64,000 nt of DNA from Octopus bimaculoides (taxonomy: Eukaryota), in NCBI RefSeq assembly GCF_001194135.2, contig NC_068989.1:2277830-2341829 (forward strand). Reading direction: 5' to 3'. The notes under the pieces were generated by a model that ran no database searches, was not told the origin of the DNA, and worked only from the letters and a program-made list of their open reading frames with translations. Both the position numbers and the translations under genes were made by a program. Numbering within the stretch: the stretch's first letter is position 1; the number at the start of each line of letters is the position of its first letter. This document shows, one piece after another, positions 24,066 to 36,742 of the stretch.

Positions 24066-24315
24066 AATGATGCGTCCTTGAGCAAGACACTCTATTTCAC
24101 GTTGCACCAGTCTTGTCTGCTATGAGTTGTATCTGTATTTCAAAGGGAGCAGCCTTGTAACATTCTGTGTCACGCTGAATCTATCTGGGAATTGCGTTAA
24201 AAGTACGCTTGTCTGTGGAGTACTCAGCCACTTGTCCGTTAATTTCACGAACACACTGTTCAGGTGGTCGGGTCGACTGGAACAGTGCTTGTTGTGACCG
24301 ACGGAGGACCAGGTT
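24066..24315 (+). mobile_element. SINE related to family D (head lost, different 3' body)
   Basis: It shares GCGTCCTTGAGCAAGACACTCTATTTCACGTTGCACCAGT...ATGAGTTG with 58528, then diverges. Confidence 0.75.
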
Positions 24316-24930
24316 TCCTTTTGTTATATACTTTAAACATAGATAAAGATTATTCTTTTAATGACTAGGTACTTGTCTCTTCCAATATTCTTGTCAGAAA
24401 TTTATTTGAAATTATAATCTTAGGCACAATATGCCTCGAGGCATTAGAAATAAGTTTCAAACAGTCTTACATTGTTGGGCTTGTAAGTTAAATTTTCATC
24501 GATAACAGGCGGAGTAACATACAGAGATTTGAAATAATTTTACGTGAAAAGGCGCCATGTTTATTGCTAGTTGCCTGTCAGATTAATGTATTATTGGTTC
24601 TATATAGAATGAAGTGTGTAGCAGATCTTCTAGATATCATAAATTTATGTTTAAACCCGTGAGTAAATATATATGAATCGTTACCGTTAAGTATAGCAAT
24701 AAACAACAATTCGCAGTTTTAAACAATTGAAGAATGAATTATGCAAGCACATCCATGCACACATTCATTCAAATTATACATGTACATACATACATACATA
24801 CATCATACATACATCATATGCACTTAATTAAAGCCATAACAGACGCACACACTTATACACAGAAGAACATAGGCAAATAATATATATTCGGATGTATTAT
24901 TAGTATTATTATTATATATAAATATATGTA

Positions 24931-24961
<31 letters not shown>

Positions 24962-25261
24962 NNNNNNNNNNNNNNNNNNNNNNNNNNNNNNNNNNNNNNN
25001 NNNNNNNNNNNNNNNNNNNNNNNNNNNNNNNNNNNNNNNNNNNNNNNNNNNNNNNNNNNNNNNNNNNNNNNNNNNNNNNNNNNNNNNNNNNNNNNNNNNN
25101 NNNNNNNNNNNNNNNNNNNNNNNNNNNNNNNNNNNNNNNNNNNNNNNNNNNNNNNNNNNNNNNNNNNNNNNNNNNATATATATCATATATAATATATATA
25201 CAAATAATATATATATATATATTATTTATATAGATATATTATTATATATAATTATATATAG

Positions 25262-25455
25262 TTGGAATTTACCCAAAAAATAAAACAAAAGACGAAGACG
25301 GGTGTGTAAACAACAAACATATTTATTAGTTTAACGCTCGGGAACTGAGAGAGTCTTTTACGTTTCGAGCTTACGTTCTTCAGCAGAAAGGAACACAGAA
25401 ATAAACAGAGAGAAAATAATAAAAAAGTTTTAGTGGCTAGCGATCAATCATGGCG
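25262..25455 (-). mobile_element. PLE-type 3' terminal repeat carrying a minimal hammerhead (25355-25390)
   Basis: It is homologous to 51647-51835. The minus strand reads CTTT-CTGCTGAA-GAAC-GTAA-GCTC-GAAAC-GTA-AAAG. Confidence 0.75.
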
Positions 25456-25623
25456 AATATATCTTAGAATGTGACGTATTTCGATTTAACTCGCAATGAG
25501 CAATTCTTAATACAACCCATATATTGTGAAGTATAATTAAAAACATACTTTATAAGAAAATTCAGTTTTATACAATTGGCTCCTGTCAGCACTTTCTATG
25601 GGCTGTACGTAATGAAGAAACAG

Positions 25624-25749
25624 TATCTGGATATTTCAACTAGAAATATTTCTATACTATCTAAGGATTTTTACATGGAAGCCTTGCTACATGAAACGAC
25701 CGAATTCATTAGTGGGCTCAGATGGAAAGTTTTTTTCTTCGACAAATGA
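25624..25749 (+). pseudogene. Penelope-like element ORF N-terminal fragment between direct repeats (25482-25565 and 26031-26114)
   Basis: YLDISTRNISILSKDFYMEALLHETTEFISGLRWKVFFFDK* matches the PLE N-terminal pattern YS.KNIPIPS..Y...LI..TE.FI..LRWK.FFF. Confidence 0.65.
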
Positions 25750-26499
25750 AGGTATGATGACCAAGTGCAGAATTCCAGGAACGCTTTTCTAAGATTTCCT
25801 TTTGGAAGTCTTTACTTTGGATTTCTATCTCTACATTTGTCACTTCTCCATCCGGTATCTGAGCCCAACGTACATGATGCATAGTTTTCACATATAACTT
25901 TTACATGCAATTTGATTCATTTATTTATATGAATTTATATGTATATTTATTTCGTTGTATGATTTAAATTATGCTTTGGAATATGTATTGATTGCTTACA
26001 TGTGTTCCTTCTATAATTTCTCTTATCCATCGATTTAGCCCGCAATGAGCACTTCTTTATACAACCCATATATTGTAAAGTATACGTAAAAAAATACTTT
26101 ACAAGAAAATTTAAGTAGGGAGAGACTTAGAAGGTACTGACGGACATTACATACATAATGTCAAAGATATATAAATCGAACGAAGTAAAATATTTTCTAA
26201 CGCACAGAACACCGAGAGAAATTAGACAGAACCACACACACACAGACGCATTCATACGCAAAAACAAAAGACACGCCTGACTATTCCTCTGTTGTGACTT
26301 AGTTTTTTGAAATTTCTCGAGATTTCCATTGTGAAATACAGTTCTAAGGTTAACTGAAGCTTCACGTCGGTTTAAATTTAGACATGAAATGAACTTAGCT
26401 GTTGTCATTGCGGTTCTCTTATCGACATCTATCTTGTAGAGGCTGTTACGATTGATTTATCGTTGTTATTGCTTGGTTGTAATTTAATGTGATCACCCC

Positions 26500-26665
26500 A
26501 GCGTGCAGAATCGTTTGCACGCCAACCAAAATCCTACTAGCATTTCTTAGAGCTTTATCACCTGATTTCGAATTCTTCCGATGTCGATTTTGCCTTTTAT
26601 CTTTTTGAGGTCGATAAAGTAAATACCAGTTGATCACTGAGTTCGAAATCATCGGCTGCCTATAG
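26500..26665 (+). mobile_element. Degenerate SINE family A (a similar decayed copy lies at about 22400-22560)
   Basis: GCAGAATCGTTTGCACGCC...GTCGATTTTGCCTTTTATCTTTTTGAGGTCGATAAAGTAAATACCAGTTG. Confidence 0.7.
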
Positions 26666-27530
26666 TAGACTAAAAAAAATATTTTAACATCAGTTTCCTT
26701 TTAGTAGTGATTTAATAATTTAGTTTTGCCGTCTGGTCTTAGTTTGTTTCTATAGTACGTTGCAATCCCTTAGTATTTGCACCTAGTGTCATAGTTTGCT
26801 ATTTACATAGCTTACAAGACCAATCTTCCTGACGTTAGTGATATTTTACATAGACTTTGGTTAAAAGTGGATGTTTTTTAGATGTGCTTTTGTTGTTCTG
26901 TAAATCGCTATAAATGCTTCTTTAGCATGTTTGGCCAACCAGAAGGAATATCTGTTAATTAATTGAACGTAGAATATAATAGTGAGAGCGTTTAGAAAAA
27001 TTCAAGATTTCAGTTAAAGAAATTATACTTGTCATCTGTAGTTTATTTATTTAGTTTTTATGGTTCCTCATTGAAGACAGCTTTTTAGTGTAACGTTGTT
27101 GTAGGTAGTTTAACTCTTACACACGATTTTATTGACAGTGTGTTCATCTGTCGATTAGGCAGAATATATTTTATGTGCAAGTTTAGTTGCGGTTTATTTT
27201 TGAACGATATTTTCTTTTTCCGGATACTGTGACGACTGCAAGCTTTTCTGCTGAATTTGTTCTCCTTGTCTAAGTTATTTTCCTATCCATTGTTGAATAG
27301 CTTGTTTTATTCTGTTAATTTAAGTAATGCGACATTTTTGTAGAAGAATGTAAACATTCTACTGAGTAAAGTTTTATAATTGATGTTTTATATCAATGGC
27401 TATGTAACAAATGACGTTGTTTTAAACAAAGCCTGTCGGGGAAACACGGACACAGTAAAAGTATTAGAAAGTAAAACTCAATTTTATGAATGTTATTAAT
27501 AATATATGCTTAAAATATATGTGCACCACT

Positions 27531-27607
<77 letters not shown>

Positions 27608-27797
27608 ATATATATAAATATACATATANNNNNNNNNNNNNNNNNNNNNNNNNNNNNNNNNNNNNNNNNNNNNNNNNNNNNNNNNNNNNNNNNNNNNNNN
27701 NNNNNNNNNNNNNNNNNNNNNNNNNNNNNNNNNNNNNNNNNNNNNNNNNNNNNNNNNNNNNNNNNNNNNNNNNNNNNNNNNNNNNNNNNNNNNNNNN

Positions 27798-28150
27798 ATG
27801 ACGGAGGGGTGACGATGAAGAGGGAAGGAGAAGGTGGGTAGGAGTAAAGAGGAGAGGGAAAGAGAGTAGGAGTTAAGAGAAGTAGGAGTCGGAGCAAGAG
27901 AGGATATGTGGGTGGGAGGAAGTAGGTGTGAGACGGAGAGAGGCGAGGGGAGGAGAGTTGAGCCTATGTGGCGCAAAGGAGCGAAGAGAGAAGATTAATC
28001 CTTGTTCACGGCGCAAACGGAAGTCCAGATGGCCCCTGTGCAAGGACAACCGAACACGGACAGGTGTTGCAAAGAGTGACCGGTAGAGCGGAAATGGCGC
28101 GAGTTCGGGGTGTCCTACGTATATTAGATGAGGGTAATATAACAGGGTAA
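27798..28150 (-). pseudogene. Penelope-like element (second lineage): GIY-YIG C-terminus and CT-rich 3' UTR
   Basis: The minus strand, with one frameshift, reads HFRSTGHSLQHLSVF/LSLHRGHLDFRLRREQGLIFSLRSFAPHRLN. This matches the HF...GH and R...EQ.LIF.L....P.GLN motifs. Confidence 0.8.
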
Positions 28151-28297
28151 CCGAAGAATTTGGATATATTGGCAAAAATGCATAGTTTTAATCATTTTAT
28201 ACAACGAAATTGGTGATTAATATTTTCAATATCGTCTCCACTGTTAGTATCCAGGCTGTATGGTCACACTCTTTTTCACAAAAATAGCACGCGCGCC

Positions 28298-28337
<40 letters not shown>

Positions 28338-29080
28338 CACACACACACACACACGAAGACAGAGAATGCGTGGGAAAACATGAAAGACACCAAGCAAAAT
28401 ATTAGAAGAAGTAGGGTAAGAATGTGGTGGATTGAAACAAAATGCGTGTGTGTGTGTGAATCTGTATAACTCCGTGTATTAGCGTATGTATGTGTGAGGG
28501 AGAGAGACTATATATAAAGCAGCGTGAAAGACAAAAACTGTGACATTCAGAAACAGTTTGTTATAGAGAAAATGACTGAAGAAGTGGTAAAATCATTGTG
28601 TTGAAAAACGAAATCAAATACAATACTGATATACACAGTTATACATACATACATACATACATACATACATAGTTATATTCATGCGCGTACACACTCACAC
28701 AAACACACACATACACACACAAGGGGGTAAAGTAAATTGGGAGGGAAGGGAAAACGAATGTACAGAAGACATCCACAAAAGACTGAGAAATAGAGATAAG
28801 GATCATGGTAGAAACATTGTTGTATTTTCCACTAAAAACTAGCAAAATCTTGAGCAATGTTTCAGTTTTAAAGCATTTAAGATAACTGTCGAGATATCTT
28901 CTATAATTTGATCAAGCATCGAACAGTAAACAACGAAGGGAAAATACAGGAGATGATGCATGATAGCAGCACCTGATTGCAATATCGTTGGGAATTTGGT
29001 GTTGAGAAAAGAATAATGAAGAGACTCGGTGTTTAAAGAAGCAGTGAACATTTGTCTTAGAGTGTTTGAAGGGGTGTATA

Positions 29081-29213
<133 letters not shown>

Positions 29214-29419
29214 GTGTATACAATTTGCGATGAGTAAATTGTCACCATTTTATATTTTTAATTCTTCGCGTGCGCATTGTTTGTTTCTGATTTTGGCAAC
29301 TACACGGTATAGGAGGGTCAGATGGGACCCATTTGTGAGAAAAACAGCACCAACACGCAATTCACTCTGCCAGAAATTTGAAAACGATATGCTGTACTGC
29401 TTGGCATCCGCACCAGATG

Positions 29420-29768
29420 CTCCTATACGAATAGATGGTGAACATACAGAACAACCGTTGGCTTACCGTGTCTCTAAAATATGTACTGAGATAAAAATCA
29501 AACATCCAGTCAACATCATGGTATTTGGAGTGATCCCTAGTGATGGTGACGTTGTGACGCCATTCATCTTCCCACACGGGCTCAGACTCGTCACGTGCCT
29601 AGAGGAGGTAGTGCTGCCCTGGGTGAAGATAGGGGCTGCAGGAAGACCCTATGTATGGCAACAGGACTCTGCACCATTCCACATAAGCAGGAGAACCCGC
29701 CCGTGGCTATCAGACAATTTCTGTGACCACATCACCTCTAACATCTGGCCGCCTAACCCCCCAGACTG
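29420..29768 (+). pseudogene. maT/DD37D mariner-like transposase, central fragment
   Basis: KHPVNIMVFGVIPSDGDVVTPFIFPHGLRL..CLEEVVLPWVKIGAAGRPYVWQQDSAPFHISRRTRPWLSDNFCDHITSNIWPPNPPD contains the second catalytic Asp in QQDSAP. It is truncated before the third Asp. Confidence 0.9.
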
Positions 29769-31407
29769 TCGATGGTGTTACAACCTGCAAAAAGCTTCAC
29801 ACGTGCGCTCAATATACTTTAAATATTACAGCATTCTGTTATGTAGAATAAAATCTTAACCCCACTAAATATTTTGGTAATTATAAATTCTATATTTTGA
29901 AAATATTCTCATGTTACAGAGGGATTAAACCCAGGCCCTGTTAATAGCACTATTTGACTGTGCAAGTAGGCTCCACCATGGTTGTGTAATACTACGTGTT
30001 TATGAAGAAATTAATAATTCTGGCATCATTATCCTATCTTAAATCGGAGTGATCTAATTTTTTTCAATATATGTTCTTTTTTCTTTAAGACAGCAGATTA
30101 TTAGAGAGTTTTTGGTCAACTACTTTTAACAAACCTAGATGCCGCATCAGGGCTTTATGTTATGATATAGTGAGCCTAGACTTTTTTTTTACAGTAGTTA
30201 CTTAGTTATGTGGTGGATGTTTGTATTTATTTTTTTATATTAAATATCGACTATTTTAAAATTATAACCATTTATGCTATGAGCAAGAGGTCAAAGAACG
30301 ATGCAGATTTCCAAACGTCCATGTTTACGGATTTACTATTTTAGTGTGAGAAATAAAACGCGATAGTCATAAAGCTTTAAATAAAGTGTGCAAGGTTAAA
30401 ATACAAGCTCACAAAATCGATTTTACCTTACATACTTATTCAGCTCAACATAAACCCTACTTGTGTAATAAACTGAAATTCGCTACCAGCTATCAAAGAA
30501 CCACGTATTAGGAACGCATGTATTTCATTTATAGCCGGTCACACAAATATCATCGAATATTTAGGTTAACTTATAAAACGAATTCATTTATCATTAATTA
30601 CAGCTTATATGAAACTGCATAGAAGAAAATATCATTGCTTCATCCTTACTGAACAAATAAATTAAAGGTATAACAAATAAAAAGTGCTCTTTAAATTCAG
30701 ATGAGTCAATTGATATGGTTTGTGAGAAGCATTTACGTTCGTTAGTTTGCTATTACAAGAAACAACAAAGTAAAATTGTATTATAGTGAGTCACTTTAAT
30801 TCTTGTTGTAAAACTACGATGGAAAAGTTGCATCAAATAGTGAAAAATTATCGAGCAGGGTCTAAATTAATATTAGCAACTGATTTGCTGTTGCAAAAGA
30901 CAGGATTTTTGAAATCTCTGGTATTAATAACTCTTTCTACTCGATCATGAAATTAATCTAAACTTGATTCTCATAAAAAGCATTTGCCATTTCCTCCACT
31001 TGGCATTTTGCTATGTTGCTGAGGTATTACCTTCTAGAAACGACTAACTGTTAACAAAAACTTGCGAGAAACTTCCAGGAAATATAAATTAATGAACGGT
31101 AACAAGAAACCACTGAACATGTTTCACCTTTCAGCCTCAAAATGATTAGAGAGAATGATCTGACCAAAGAGAATTCTTAGTCAACAGAATTGCATCCGAT
31201 TCTATTCGAATAACATTTTCTAGTTTACGACAAGTGTTATGCAAGAAAATAGCACGTGGCCTATCCAGACGCAACTAATGAATTTTATTTAATATTTATG
31301 AAACTGGTATTGACTGAATTTCTAAATGATTAATTGACAGTTCTAAATGTTAGTTAGCTGTAATGACTCGGATCAACTGCGCAGTTTTGCATTATCTATG
31401 ATTACAG

Positions 31408-31462
31408 GAATTTTGAATATGTCAATCCTGAAACGAATTTAGATATTGAATTCCAGTACATG
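31408..31462 (+). CDS. Candidate internal coding exon (exon a) of an unidentified gene
   Basis: Acceptor TTACAG and donor ATG|GTACGT. The exon is 55 nt and only one frame is open: (x)NFEYVNPETNLDIEFQYM. It ends in phase 0. Confidence 0.5.
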
Positions 31463-32132
31463 GTACGTCAAAATTTGACTTTGGATTTAAATTATCTAAC
31501 ATTTTGACAAATAAAAACTAATCGAAAGGCATTTCTCAGAAAGAAGGAAATGCTATAGAAAACGGCGTTCAAGTTATTTCCAACGGATGTGAAAAGAAAA
31601 CTTGAGCCGCGTTGGTTAAAAAATTCTTGTTAAGGAGCTAGAATTTTGGTGAGGAAGAGCAACACTTAAAAATGCAGCTGGTGGAGCTGAATTGTAAGAT
31701 TTGACAGTTGAAACAGTTTCCAAGAGTGACCTCCACTAAAATTCACAAAATTATGGTTTGGATGGCGAGCACATAATATCTGTGGATTACTGAGTTAATT
31801 ATATGTAGATATGTCTGTGTATATGTGTATATATGTATGTATGCACGCGCGTATATATGTGTATGCATGTATATGTCAACGTGTGTGCACAGAAACATAC
31901 CCTCACACGCATACCATAAATGCATAAGTATTAACTGGATATACATATGACATGCGCAGAATCCATTGTATATGATTAATTATTTAACAGGGTTTCCCAA
32001 GCGTATAGTTTACGTTAAACTTTGAAATATGTGCACTGTCATTTGGTTTCCGCATCATTCGGTTCGTTAGAGAGGACGATTAAGAAATTAGTTTCAATGT
32101 CAAGAAGTGAGGTTACCTAAACAAATACACAA

Positions 32133-32215
<83 letters not shown>

Positions 32216-32232
32216 TGATGATAATAATAATA
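32133..32232. repeat. (AAT)n microsatellite (another at about 63822-63910)
   Basis: Seen directly. Confidence 0.97.
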
Positions 32233-32440
32233 TCGATAATACCACAAAGCTATAAATATATAATTCTCTAATATTTGAACAGTGTATCGCTATGAGTAGG
32301 TGGTTTGATATTAAAATCGGGTGATGTTAATCACCCGATTTATATTAGGTAATACAAAAAGTGATTAACAAAAGATTATGAACGCTAGTTCCGCCAATAT
32401 TGCTAGATTAGAATAGGTATCACGATATTGTGGACAAAAA

Positions 32441-32710
32441 AGGCGGTGAGCTGGCAGAACCGTTAGCACGCCGGGCCGAATGCTTGGTGGCGTTTCGTCT
32501 GTCTTTACCTTCTGAGTTCAGATTCCGCCGAGGTCGACTTTCCCTTTCAGCCTTTCGGGTCGATAAATTAAATACCAGTTGCGTACTGGGGTCGATCTAA
32601 TCGACTGCCCCCCCCCTCCTCCAAAATTTTGGGCTTTGTGCCTAGAGTAGAAAACAATATGTTTTCGTCTGTCTTTACGTTCTGAGTTCAAATTCCGCCG
32701 AAGTCGACCC
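32441..32710 (+). mobile_element. SINE family A, full length (32441-32658), plus a partial tandem duplication (about 32665-32710)
   Basis: AGGCGGTGAGCTGGCAGAACCGTTAGCACGCCGGG...CTGAGTTCAGATTCCGCCGAGGTCGAC...GGGTCGATAAATTAAATACCAGTTGCGTACTGGGGTCGATCTAATCGACT...GTGCCTAGAGTAGAAAA. Confidence 0.92.
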
Positions 32711-35700
32711 ATTATTGTTGGTCAATTGGTGAATTTGCCATTTTGTATTGTGTCTGCATTAAATATGAATTGCAAAGAGCTATTTTAGTCTTTCTTCGGT
32801 ATTTGCAATCGAAACGTCAAACAGTAAAATGACTAACAATTTGTGTCCTCTAGAAATGGAAATACAAATTTTAAATCAGTATCAAAATGGCAAGACTGGA
32901 CGAAATGAAGATCTAGTTTCATATAAACGAAAAAGCAATGAGAATAATTAAACGAAGTAACTAATCAGAGCCAACAAAATCGTAGGATATTGAAGTCACA
33001 CAACAGACATTGCTATTTCGGATAGAAGATTATACCTTAAAGGAAAGCTTATAAGAAGGTTTGCTACGTGGCGAAAAGTAGTAAGACATTTTAATCAAAT
33101 TAACAGTAGAAGCTAAGCGTCTCATCGATCACACTATAAATTACTGGGTAGAATTGGATGACTTGAAATATATGAAAATCACAGGTCTAGACATCAAATT
33201 ACTTGACAAAAGCTAAAACGATAAAACTGCGCTAGAAAGTGACATACAGTTAGAGAAAAGATTAAGTAGGTTTCAAATACTTTAATACTGACAAATGATG
33301 TCCATTCTAGTAGAAAGTTCAAAGAAATATTTAATTCAAAGAAGTGATAATTATGGTTACTGGACTCAAATCATCTAACGATCAAGAGACATTGGTATTA
33401 TTGTATAATAAATACATTAGGAGAATGTTCTCAAAGCACAACTTTGTGTATATGGCATCGCAACTTAACAACGGTTTTAGTTCCAGTGTAAAGGCAAACA
33501 TGGACAAAGGTCAACAGAAACACACACAGACACGTACACACACGTGCGCGTATGTATAATACATATGTGTGTGTGTGTGTTTGTATTTCATTTCCATTTC
33601 AAAAATCTTAATGGTATATCTTTTGTTATTGATAATGTCATTAAACAACGTATGTTCCTTGATTCCACGATTTCAGTTTCATCGAAGATTCATGAAACCA
33701 TTCAACAGAGTACATTGAGGAACAACTGTGTCTAAACTTGTGTGTGTATGCCTGTGCGCGCGTGTTGTTTTGCACTTGTGCGCATGCATACNNNNNNNNN
33801 NNNNNNNNNNNNNNNNNNNNNNNNNNNNNNNNNNNNNNNNNNNNNNNNNNNNNNNNNNNNNNNNNTATATATATATAGATATGAATATGCTTATATATAC
33901 GTATATATGTAAAATAATATATATATGAACAAATTTCAGCGTGGAAAGTGTTTATAAGCCATTTAAAAACACACAAGAACCGTTAGACTCACTTCAACAT
34001 TTAAATTTAATTTTTCAAAATATTTTTCCTTGTTTTCATATTTTCATTATTAACCAGACTTCTGTTGAGTTGGCTGTAAGCATACATATGATCACTTCAT
34101 GTTCCCGAGTCATAATATTGGTTTAGATCTTGAAGAGTCACAACAGATATGAACTTTAAAATGAGACATGTGTAGAAGAAATACACCAAGCATTTCTTAT
34201 TGCCAATATCTCTGCTGATATCGGCGTAAGTCTTTAGAAAACAGAAATAGAAATTCACAGTAGAGAATCTTTGCAAAGCACCTACTTAGTTTGGATGATT
34301 TGTTTTTGTCATAGACACACATGTATGGAGGCTTCAACTGAAATTCTATTCTGCAGTAAAATATTTTAGTGGGAATTTATCTTAAAGAGGTATCTGCGCA
34401 AATGTTTCTCCATATATTTTGCAGTGACGTTGCTCGTCTTTCAAGATGAACGTTTTAAACATGAGGAAGCTAAATCAAAACATGTATAAGTAGAGTTCGA
34501 GATTTATTATCTGCTATAATTTATTATATGCTAATGGACGTGTTTTCGTGTGGTCCACTGGGAGCACGATATTCAGAAAATGATATCCCTCTTCTTGACT
34601 TAGAATAAGTTTCAAGAAATCCGAGATTATTTTTACACTTATTCCAGAAGAGAGCTACCTGGAATAAAGTACACATGTCCCAGTGATCAGGCTGTTTTTA
34701 GATTCTTTATGCATTTTGGAAAATCTGTCTTTAAAGAAGAATCACTGAATATAGAAATTAACACGAACTTGAAACTCTGCACTAAAATCTATAACTATGA
34801 TGATTGCTCATCACATCTTTGAGACAGAGAATATTTATTGACGACACTTTGAAATATACGGGAGGTTTCACTAGATGTGTCTAAAGCGTTTATAAGCATC
34901 ATTTAGAGATCGCTTATACATGATTCTAATGTGCCAGAAAAGAGTGTTGTTTCAGCATGGAAAATTCGCCTCATCATTTACCATATACAGTTTGTTATGA
35001 TATCTGTCTTAATAGTCTTATGCTTGCGAACGCTTTACTTTATAAGGAATTAATTCTCAGCAAGTGTCGGTGGTACAAACCATAAAAGAGATTCAAGATC
35101 GTGATCAAAAATACAACTTCACTCTTTGAACATCAGCACTATTCATCGGGCACATCTCGGACTAAATAGAAGCAACTAGCGATCTTTTAATACAAGAAAC
35201 AGCCTGTAGTTTGATAATATTCGAACAGTGTAAATTGATGTATAAAATCTGCAAATTTAGAAGCTATGGATTGTAGACATTGCTTTCGTGATGTTGCTGC
35301 TTTATTATCGATCACATTCCACATTCAAATTCCCAATTTTGCGTCCACAAAAGTTATATCTTAAGACAAACACGAAATGTTAAAATGAAACAGAGCAAAC
35401 CTGTCCTTTACACCAAAAGGTGTACTTAATTTCTCCTGAATATAAGAAAAAAACCCACATTTTGGTCGAATGCACATGGGAGAAGCTACTATCCTTGTGG
35501 TAAACTGGGCAAAAAGAATTTAAAGCTGGAGCAATTTAATTATCTGAATAACCATGATAGAATTCCAGAAATGATCTGGACAGGGCTACAGCGAATGAGA
35601 AAGTGGTTGTGTTTGAAATTAAACTGGTCATCATCATTGATATGATATATACGTGCGCTTGTCTGTTGTGTGTATATACATGCAAATATATGTATATATG

Positions 35701-36617
35701 CAAACATATAGATACTACTCGTATATACATGCACACACACATATATATATATATATAACTTACTACCTTTATTAACTTGCATATATAAATTTATATATAT
35801 ATTTACACGTGTTTATATATATCTATACGTATATGCATTTACACAAACACACACTGATATATATATATATATATATACATGCATATGTACGTACGTACAT
35901 ACAGGCATACATACATGCATACATACATACATACATACATACATACATACGTACAATCATACATACATGTCTGTGCACGTGCGTGTGTGTATGTGTGTAT
36001 AAACATTGAACTAAATTTCAATTTAGACCTTATTTTCTTTTGGAATTCTTCATTGTGAACAAAATTATTAGAGATGTCAAATTCTTTAACTGCAAAAGTT
36101 TTCTTTTATAAGAACAACGCTGTAACTTAGAAATTCTGGTGTCTGTAATTTCCCATACGCCACACCTTTCCAAACTTCTGATGATAATTCCAGTAATCTC
36201 TTCTAGTTGTAGAAATGAGAAAATTGCATGTTCCAAAAGATTATCCTTTTAAAGTCTTTGCTAAGTAATCTTTGACACTAGAGATTATCCTCATCTAAAC
36301 GGTGTCTTTAAATTGCCTAATCCGGTAAGTTGTGGATTTTAAATGGATGTGTTTCTCTTTAGGCTGAAGGTTTTCTAGTCTGGTAAGTATTGCTGTTTAA
36401 ATAGATATAGAAACGCGCATTACAAATCAAGATTTGTAATATTAACCTGGGTTAATATTACAAATCAATATTAACCTAGAAACAAAATCTCGATAGTCAA
36501 TCATATTTGATGAAAACCTTTCAATTGATTACATCAACCTCAGCCACGCAGGACCTATAAAAGACCAAGTTCTGCTCAAAAGAATTCGAGAAAGGACTTA
36601 ATACTGCCACACATTTT

Positions 36618-36742
36618 CAACTTTGCCTTTCAACCATTTCGGGGTCGATAAATTAAGTACCAGTTGCGTATTGGGGTCGATCTAACCGACTGACCCCTTC
36701 CCCAAAAAATTTCGGGCCTTGTGCCTAGAGTAGAAAAGAATA
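36618..36742 (+). mobile_element. SINE family A, 5'-truncated
   Basis: CTTTGCCTTTCAACCATTTCGGGGTCGATAAATTAAGTACCAGTTGCG...CGGGCCTTGTGCCTAGAGTAGAAAAGAAT. Confidence 0.9.

Noticed and set aside
30427-30790. Possible upstream exons for the three-exon gene (QHKPYLCNKLKFATSYQRT; ESIDMVCEKHLRSLVCYYKKQQ)
   Set aside because: The donors are weak, and the second has the wrong phase; they cannot be distinguished from chance.
34435-34500. Candidate exon VTLLVFQDERFKHEEAKSKH after TTTTGCAG
   Set aside because: The phase 1 start is incompatible with the flanking candidate exons, and the donor is poor.
34865-34891. VSLDVSKAF, an RT motif of CR1/Jockey LINEs (a similar VDVARLDF lies at about 46540)
   Set aside because: Isolated 8-9 residue matches in decayed context; plausibly old LINE dust but not supportable.
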